A stretch of 64,000 bases of DNA from the human T2T-CHM13v2.0 reference genome, Homo sapiens: the NCBI RefSeq assembly GCF_009914755.1, contig NC_060926.1. One strand, written 5' to 3'. The first letter of the stretch is position 1; every line of letters begins with the position of its first letter. The notes beneath the pieces are model-generated. The model saw only the letters and a program-made list of their open reading frames with translations, was not told the origin of the DNA and did not search any database. Made by a program: the position numbers and the translations under genes. This document shows positions 55,449 through 64,000 of this stretch, piece after piece.

Positions 55449-55717
55449 TCACTGAGGACCGTCTTACCCACCACACCTACCTATAAGTTTGAAGGTATCG
55501 AGAGACCATTTGCCTTACTTGTGTCTTCTCAACTAAGAGGTACAAGGACCAGAAATAAAGTTTTCAAAATAGTCAATCTAGAGGTGGTGTCTGTATATCC
55601 TGTTTTGCCCAGGAAAGTCATGGTCCAAGCCTATTTCCCTGGTCTGATTATGAGAAATGCCCTCATTTTTTTAGGCACTTTGAAAGGTGCCTAAATTTAA
55701 ATAATACATTCCATTGG

Positions 55718-55922
55718 AGCTGTTAAATACAACTTTCTGTGTTAATGGAAATGTCTTGCATCTGTGCTATTCAATGTGGTAGCTACTAGCCAGGTGTAGC
55801 TATGGAACACTTGAATATGAATAGCATAACTGAGCAACTGAATTTTTAAACTTTGTTTCATTTTAATTAACTTAAATTTAGATAGCTACAAGGAGCTAGT
55901 GACTGCTGTCTGGGACAGCACA
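55718..55922. mobile_element. MER3 hAT-Charlie MITE
   Basis: aactttctgtgttaatggaaatgtc..tctgtgctattcaat.tggtagctactagcca..ttaattaacttaaattta. Confidence 0.75.
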
Positions 55923-56109
55923 ACATTACTGTTGTAATCTAAGGGTCGTAATCTAAGGTTAGCCCTCTTCCATGGGCAGGAGAACCTGAGATAGAAGCCT
56001 ATTTAGTTTAATCCCTTTCTGCTCAATGTGGTGATCTGGAGCACATCATTTTAACTCTCTGGGTATCAAATGAGGAACCCCTATCTATAAAGGGATGTTA
56101 AACTGCAGA

Positions 56110-57425
<1,316 letters not shown>

Positions 57426-58714
57426 AGTTTACTTCCATAATGTAGTGTGCCATTTGCCATTTGCCTTAGAGCCTATTTGGAATTCCTCCGAGGACAGTTT
57501 AATATTTTGTACTCTTTGATGATTTGTCTGCATTCTAATCAAGCTCTTTCTAACCTATTCTTAACTTCTTGGCAGTTCTCATGTTTGAAGAACTGATGTA
57601 GATTCTCTGGCATTTAGGAGGATAAAAAGGACAGAGCAAAATAACTCAACCTGGGTCATGGTCGGACCGTGCCCTTGGTTTTGTCTCTTTAAGAGTATGT
57701 TTCCAGCTCCAAGAGAATCACCAATCAGCTGACAAAAATAATGGGCTGTGTGCCAGTTACGTTTGTGAAATTAGTTCTCCACTCAGCCTTCAAATCCATC
57801 TGTCTCTTGTTATATCTCTGGCCACCCTATTCCAGGCTAGACTTCTGTCCTTCCTTTTATTGACTTCCTGAACAGCTTGATTGATTCCCTTGGATATAGA
57901 CCTTGCTCTTTTATATACCAAATGTGACTAGTTTGAACCTAATAAAGGACCACAGCCTACTTTGACATAGCCACAAGATCTCTTATCCTTCTGCCTCTCT
58001 CTCCACCCTTCCCTGACCCTCCTCCCAACACATACCGGGTGTGTTGCCTTTGCAGGCAGCCTTGATTTGATCTGTTCATGACCAAGCCCTGCCTTCTACT
58101 GCCCAACATCAGAAGGTGACTTAAGCAATGCCTGCATAATTCCTCTTCAATTATCTAATACTTTTGGTTTCATTGGTTCACAGGTTAAAAAAAAAACAAA
58201 ACTATAATTCTGCTCTAAAAGCTGAATAATAAACCATCAGTTAAGGGTATATGAAGAATACTATCATTTCCAGCAGTTAATGGTACTCTCCAGAGAGTCT
58301 TTGCCTTTATATTTTTGGTATTCTCTGATCAGTGGTAACCATCCACTATAGTTGATGTCATATAGGCTCAACATTCCACTATCCAGAGAGTCTCTTGAGT
58401 TTCTTCTCTAAATGTTTCTGTTTGCAAAGGCTGAGTCAAAAAAAACTCTAGAAAAGTCCACTGCATTATTGTTACACTTTCTCATTGGTTTTACTATAAG
58501 AACAAGATTTTGTTTATGGAATGTTTTTAGAACAAATCGTCATTTCTCTTTTTATATTCTCCTACTGTAAAACCATGTTTCTATAAAAACATATCCACAT
58601 GCATATTCATTATTTCATTAATACAAAGGTATTAGCCAGCATACATGTTGTATTAGTCAATGTGATTAATAAGCTTTCCAAGTTACTGCTAAAGCCTCTG
58701 CCCTTTAGCTAATG

Positions 58715-58880
58715 CCACTGTGTTGAGAGGTCAGACTCACTGAGTCACAATGTATCACCATGAGACCTTGAACAACTCACTTGAGCTTCCTGATCTCAGC
58801 TTCCTCATCCAGGAGATGGACATAAATAGTACCAGCTGCCTTGGAGGATGTGGGTACCCAGTAAAAGACACTGAAAACAC
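58715..58880 (+). mobile_element. MIR SINE fragment
   Basis: gagaccttgaacaactcacttgagcttcctgatctcagcttcctcatcc..atggacataaatagtacc. Confidence 0.65.
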
Positions 58881-59680
58881 ATACCAATCTCTCTTACATC
58901 TGGGGATGGAGAATAAATCGTGCTAAAACAGACCTTCTTTGTTCTAGGTAGAGTCTCCTGAATGTCTGACTTATACGAATGTAGAGTGAATAGATTCTCA
59001 TTGTCTGGGACAAAAAGTGTAACAAAATTTTGCATGTCTAAGTCAAGACTGTCTTTCATTAAGAACTCTAATATGAAAAGCTGGTCAAGGTGGAGGAGCA
59101 GATCAGTTTGTGTAAGGAACTCAGAGTCGTTGGGGGAGGATCGTTCAAGACCCACATTCCTACTCACAGTGATATGAAGTCAAAGTGACTTGTTAGCCTG
59201 GAACAAGGTAGCACTCAAGGTTCAGTGCCCGGGAAGGGTAAGGATGTCAGGTTGGTATGGTGGTAGGCTTTAGGGCACAATTACTGGGCAATGAAGTATG
59301 ATCTAAGGAGCAAAAATCAGGGTCACCACTGTGTCCTGAGAAAGGACACAAGAAGCAGGTCCTGGAAGCAGCAGCCAAGCCTTGTCTTTGAATGTACATG
59401 ATCAGCCTTCAAAAGAAACACTCTGGGCTCCAAGAGGCAACAATAGTAATAGACTGATTAGATTCTCATGCTCTCTGCTTCTCCTCCCATCCTTCCCCCT
59501 CTTTCTCTTCCTCCTCCCCCAGCTTCTACTACCTTTGGCACTTTGAAAAGTACCAAATATCTTTGGACTAAAGTTCCCAGTGTTCTTGAACTATTTTGTG
59601 GTGGTAGACCCCATAAAGAAAGTACTAAATTTTATATGAGTACTACAGTAGTACAAGTGAGCAAAGAAGCAAATAATTTT

Positions 59681-59973
<293 letters not shown>

Positions 59974-60262
59974 GAAGCAGCAGCAAATAATTTTAAAACA
60001 TACAGAGGTGATTATATTTATACCTTGAGTCAGAAGAGATCACACTATTTATAATAGTGAAAGAGTTGTATACGTAGAAGACTTTTGAAAATAGCAACAT
60101 TCTATATTAAAAATGAGAAGGTTTTTTTTTCTTCTTTCAGTTTTTGCCTGTGACATTTACCCCAGACCCAGTATACTCCAAAATTGTCCCAGGTTGTCTG
60201 AAGGGCTCCCAGAAATGAACCTAGATCTAGAATAAAAATAAACCTTCTGGGACACACTTAGA

Positions 60263-60556
60263 TTATTTCTTTTTGAGATAGGGTCTTACTCTGTTGCCCA
60301 GGCTGGTGCCCAGTGGCACAATCAAGGCTCACTACAACCTAGACCTCCTAGGTTCAAATGATCCTTGTATCTCAGCCCTCCGAGTGGCTGAGACTACAGG
60401 TGCTCACCACCATGCCCAGCTAGTTACTGTATTTTCAGTAGAGAGGGGGTTTCGCCAGGTTGACCAGACTGGTCTCAAATTCCTGAACTCAAGTGATCTT
60501 CCTGACTCAGCATCCCAAAGTGCTGGGATTACAGGCGTGAGCCATTGCTCCTGGCT
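60263..60556 (-). mobile_element. Old Alu (AluJ)
   Basis: gagatagggtcttactctg, ctcaagtgatcttcct; diverged antisense body. Confidence 0.9.
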
Positions 60557-61434
60557 GAACTCTCCTTAACTCTGAAATAAAATATTATGAAGCAATGTTT
60601 GAGATAACTTTAGACTAAGTAAGGAATACTGTAAGTCAGTCAGCTCTGAGTTTGCATAACAAAAGCTATATCAAGACCTTTGTAACAATTTCCCAGTTCC
60701 TATGTAAAAAATAGTAGACAACCACCAGACACCAGTGGCCCCAGGGTTCTGCACCTCACCTCAGATGTGAAGTGGCTGCAACTCCTATGTGGCCAGGAAA
60801 GGGATTACACTTTGAGATCTGGACATTTCTGTTCTTAGCCAAGTTATTGGTCTTCAACCAGTTCCTCAGCTCCCTCCTCAAACTGAACCCACTATCCTTA
60901 GCCAAGTTTCCCTGGCCACATTACACACATGACCTATTCCTTAGGCATCCATTACCTACCCAGCACAGCACCATTTCTCTTCCACATGACAACATAACTT
61001 GAGTCTCCTTTTCATTTTGTGCTTTTATTGTTTTCTTTTCCTCACAACACAACATGATAATCCAACAATTCTTCTCTCCCATTTTCCATACCCATGATCA
61101 TCAGTCATGCCTGTTTCCAAATTCCAATTTCTAAAACCAATTTTCTTTACCCTGCAAGGTGATCTAAAATTGCTACCCTGGTCTTCTCACTGTAGTCCAC
61201 AGTAGTGCCTAGCATATATCATGTATTCCATATAGAGTCACTCAGAAGAAAGACAATTATTTCGCATTAACTATTTTTCTTAATGAAACTAGTATGTATT
61301 TATTTTCTGCCATTTAAGAATATTCAGGCTTGCTGTGATACTAGACATCTTCTTTAAGAACATTTACTGCCTTCATTTTTCTCTCTTTTTAGTTGTACCT
61401 GATATTTCTATTATTCTCAATAATATTGAGTGCT

Positions 61435-62120
61435 GTATATTATTTACTTGATTCAGTTATATGCCATCTGGTTTCTTGTTCTACCAAAGAATTTAAGATG
61501 ACTTACATGAATACTCAATATACAGCATTATGAAACAAATTTAAAATAAGTAGGGAAAAGTTTTTTTTTTTTTAAGTACAGATATAAAATAGATTTTTGG
61601 AATAAAGATAATATGAAGCTTTACACCATAAAAACTCATACAACTGTTCTGGGTGAATCACTAATTTGGCTCTCAAGTTCCTAGCTATCAGCTCCTAAAG
61701 AAAAGCCCAATCAGTTTAACAATTTATAATGTTTGTAAGAGAAATACAAAGGAGTCACTCAGAAGAAGCACAATTATTTGGGATGTTAAGACCAGACAGG
61801 AATCTCTCCCATGGGGGCCATTGAGAAGAGTCCAGTGAACCACAAGCCCATAGCAGGCTAACAGGGAGCACACAGAAGTTTCATTGGACATTTGAAGAAG
61901 GCTCCCTACTAAAAGCCTGTGGCACCTTTCCCAAGGACAATGGAGTGTAAACATCTTGACATGCCTTTGGCATGAATGATATTGTGCAGAAACACAGATC
62001 TGTGGTGACCTGACTTAATCTAGAAGTAAATATAGAGATCTAAAAGAACAGATGCAGTGAATAACTTCCAAGACATTTTCCCTGGAGACGGGTTTTCTCA
62101 GCTAAGTTTTGATGGGTGGG
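61435..62120. mobile_element. Possible MamRep605-like ancient repeat
   Basis: ttgttctaccaaagaatttaagatgacttaca..atacagc start resembles the recalled consensus; extent uncertain. Confidence 0.35.
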
Positions 62121-62149
62121 TGCCAATCACAACCAATGAGAAACCAGAC

Positions 62150-62335
62150 ACTTGTCAGCCACTATATACATGATCTGAGATACTCACATCAACCCCAAAG
62201 TTGGGAATTATTATTCATATTATGTTGATGAGGGAGCTGGGACTCTGAGAAGTGAAATAACTGGCCCCAGGCTACTATAGCTAGAAAGTAAGGTGATGGG
62301 GATTTGAAGCCCAAGGCTTGGTTCCAAATTCATCT
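62150..62335 (-). mobile_element. MIR SINE
   Basis: ctctgagaagtgaaataactggccccagg..tagctagaaagt..ggatttgaagcccaagg. Confidence 0.65.
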
Positions 62336-64000
62336 AATTTTTTTAATTACAAAAATTCTCACACATTCAGAAAGCTATAAAGATCAATGTAACAAACAAA
62401 TGAATACTCACCACCCATGCTAACAGATGTTAGCATTTTCCTCTAATTGGTATACCAATATACCAATTTCCTCCTCTTGGTGCTTCTTTGGTGTCTAAGA
62501 AATGGAAACAGGCTAATAAGGATGGGAAGATTGCTTTTTTTCCAACCACACCAGCAGAGAAATTTCCTGGCTGCTGTCTTTTATAAATCTCTAACTGCCT
62601 TTGCCCAAAAATGGATTTGGTTGCATTATTTAAAACACATTGTGCTTTTTTTGTTGTTTTTTTCTTGGCTTACAGGCAGGCACAACTGGGGACTAAAACC
62701 TAAATGCTGCCCTGGAGAAGAAAAGATTCAGCTGTTGGCTCATCAGCCAACTTCTGACAAGAGTGGGTGCCAGTGTCCCCATCTCTATCTCTAAAGATCC
62801 CTTGAAATTCAAAACACAATGTGTGACTGGTCGATATTTTTTTCTTCAACTTGGCTGAACATGAATAAGACACATTGAGAGAATATTTATTTCAAAGGTA
62901 CCACATTTTATGCAAGTAAATCTTTTCATATAAGTTCCATTGGGAAAATTTTTAATTTAAACAGTTAAAATGGGTTCAAGATCTCATACTCATGGGTATG
63001 TGTTGATTTAAAATATAATTTTCATCTTCTTCCACATCCATTCAGTATAAATTCTGGAAAGCCACAAAATGTAAGTTTCCTAAACCAAAGATGGCCTAAA
63101 TTTCAGAATAATAATTTAAAAATTTACTGTGATGAGGGGCTCATGATCTAGAGAAGAACAGTGGCAGACACTGAACAAATAAAAATATTATATATATATA
63201 TATGCATATATATACATACACAATATGTATGTGTGTAAATATAGATATTCATTCTCTTCAAATAATTGGTATAAAACTGGGCAAGGCTGCCTAGTTATGT
63301 GTTATTACATTTAAGTTAAAAAATGGTATATCTTTACTCTTATAACTTTCATTTGGACTATTATGTCTGAATCACCACATTTAAAAATTGTGATGGATAT
63401 AATGACCATTTGAGTTAGCAGTCCTGAGTTCTAAGTTTTACGCTATTGGTATCCAGATACTACCAAGAAATATCAACAACCCCAAAGAAGTCAATTTACT
63501 TGTCAATATTTTATTCATCCATCTAAATAAATATTTGAAGTCCTTTGCTCTCTTCAGCCAAACTTTAAAGATTCGCACCCAGTTCAAATTTTTAAAATAC
63601 TTCTTAAAGCTCTCCCACATTTTGCTTCTCTGACATTAAATAATTTTTGGACCCCTTTTTTATTCCCTGACAGCCAGTAAATGCTTATACTTTACACGTA
63701 GGAATGATATACAGTGGCAGTCAGACATAGACTGCCTGAGTTTAGTGAAGCAGAGACATAAAACAAATACATGGATCTTTTGAACCAAAAATTCACATTT
63801 TTTTGTGATTGTGTGTTTCCTGAAAGTGTCAATTTAGAATCATAAATATTGGCAATTAGATGATCATTAGTGATCTTACTGATCGATTTTCCTTCATTTT
63901 TAGAAATTTACACTAAAGCCGGAAAGTTGAAGTGCTTTGTCCGAAATCATAAGACATGTCCATGGGGATCAGCACTCAAAACAAATCCCTCGAATCTTCT

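Overview
Primate (human-like) genomic DNA: AT-rich, CpG-depleted, with no CpG island and no long, recognisable protein-coding ORF. About 22 Alu/FLAM copies are present, along with L1PA and L1MC 3' fragments, L2, MIR and CR1 fossils, MaLR/ERVL solo LTRs (THE1, MLT1, MLT2A), hAT MITEs (MER5, MER3/33, MER53, MER58, MER96B, MER91, Zaphod-like) and several microsatellites. Most entries in the ORF track are Alu, microsatellite or chance ORFs. The window is best read as a large intron or gene-poor interval. The strongest gene-like signal is a 20-nt minus-strand microexon candidate at 407-426, with a possible phase-compatible upstream exon at 7011-7096. Other points of interest are an ancient AmnSINE1-like remnant (~2120-2300), a 146-bp local duplication inserted into a MIR between 17-bp direct repeats, repeat-free segments rich in homeodomain motifs and CpG that look like conserved enhancers, a head-to-head Alu pair only ~34 bp apart, and an MLT2A LTR carrying a palindromic 24-bp minisatellite. 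I find no sequence support for a new multi-gene system. Repeat subfamily calls come from recalled consensus features rather than alignments, and old-repeat boundaries are approximate.
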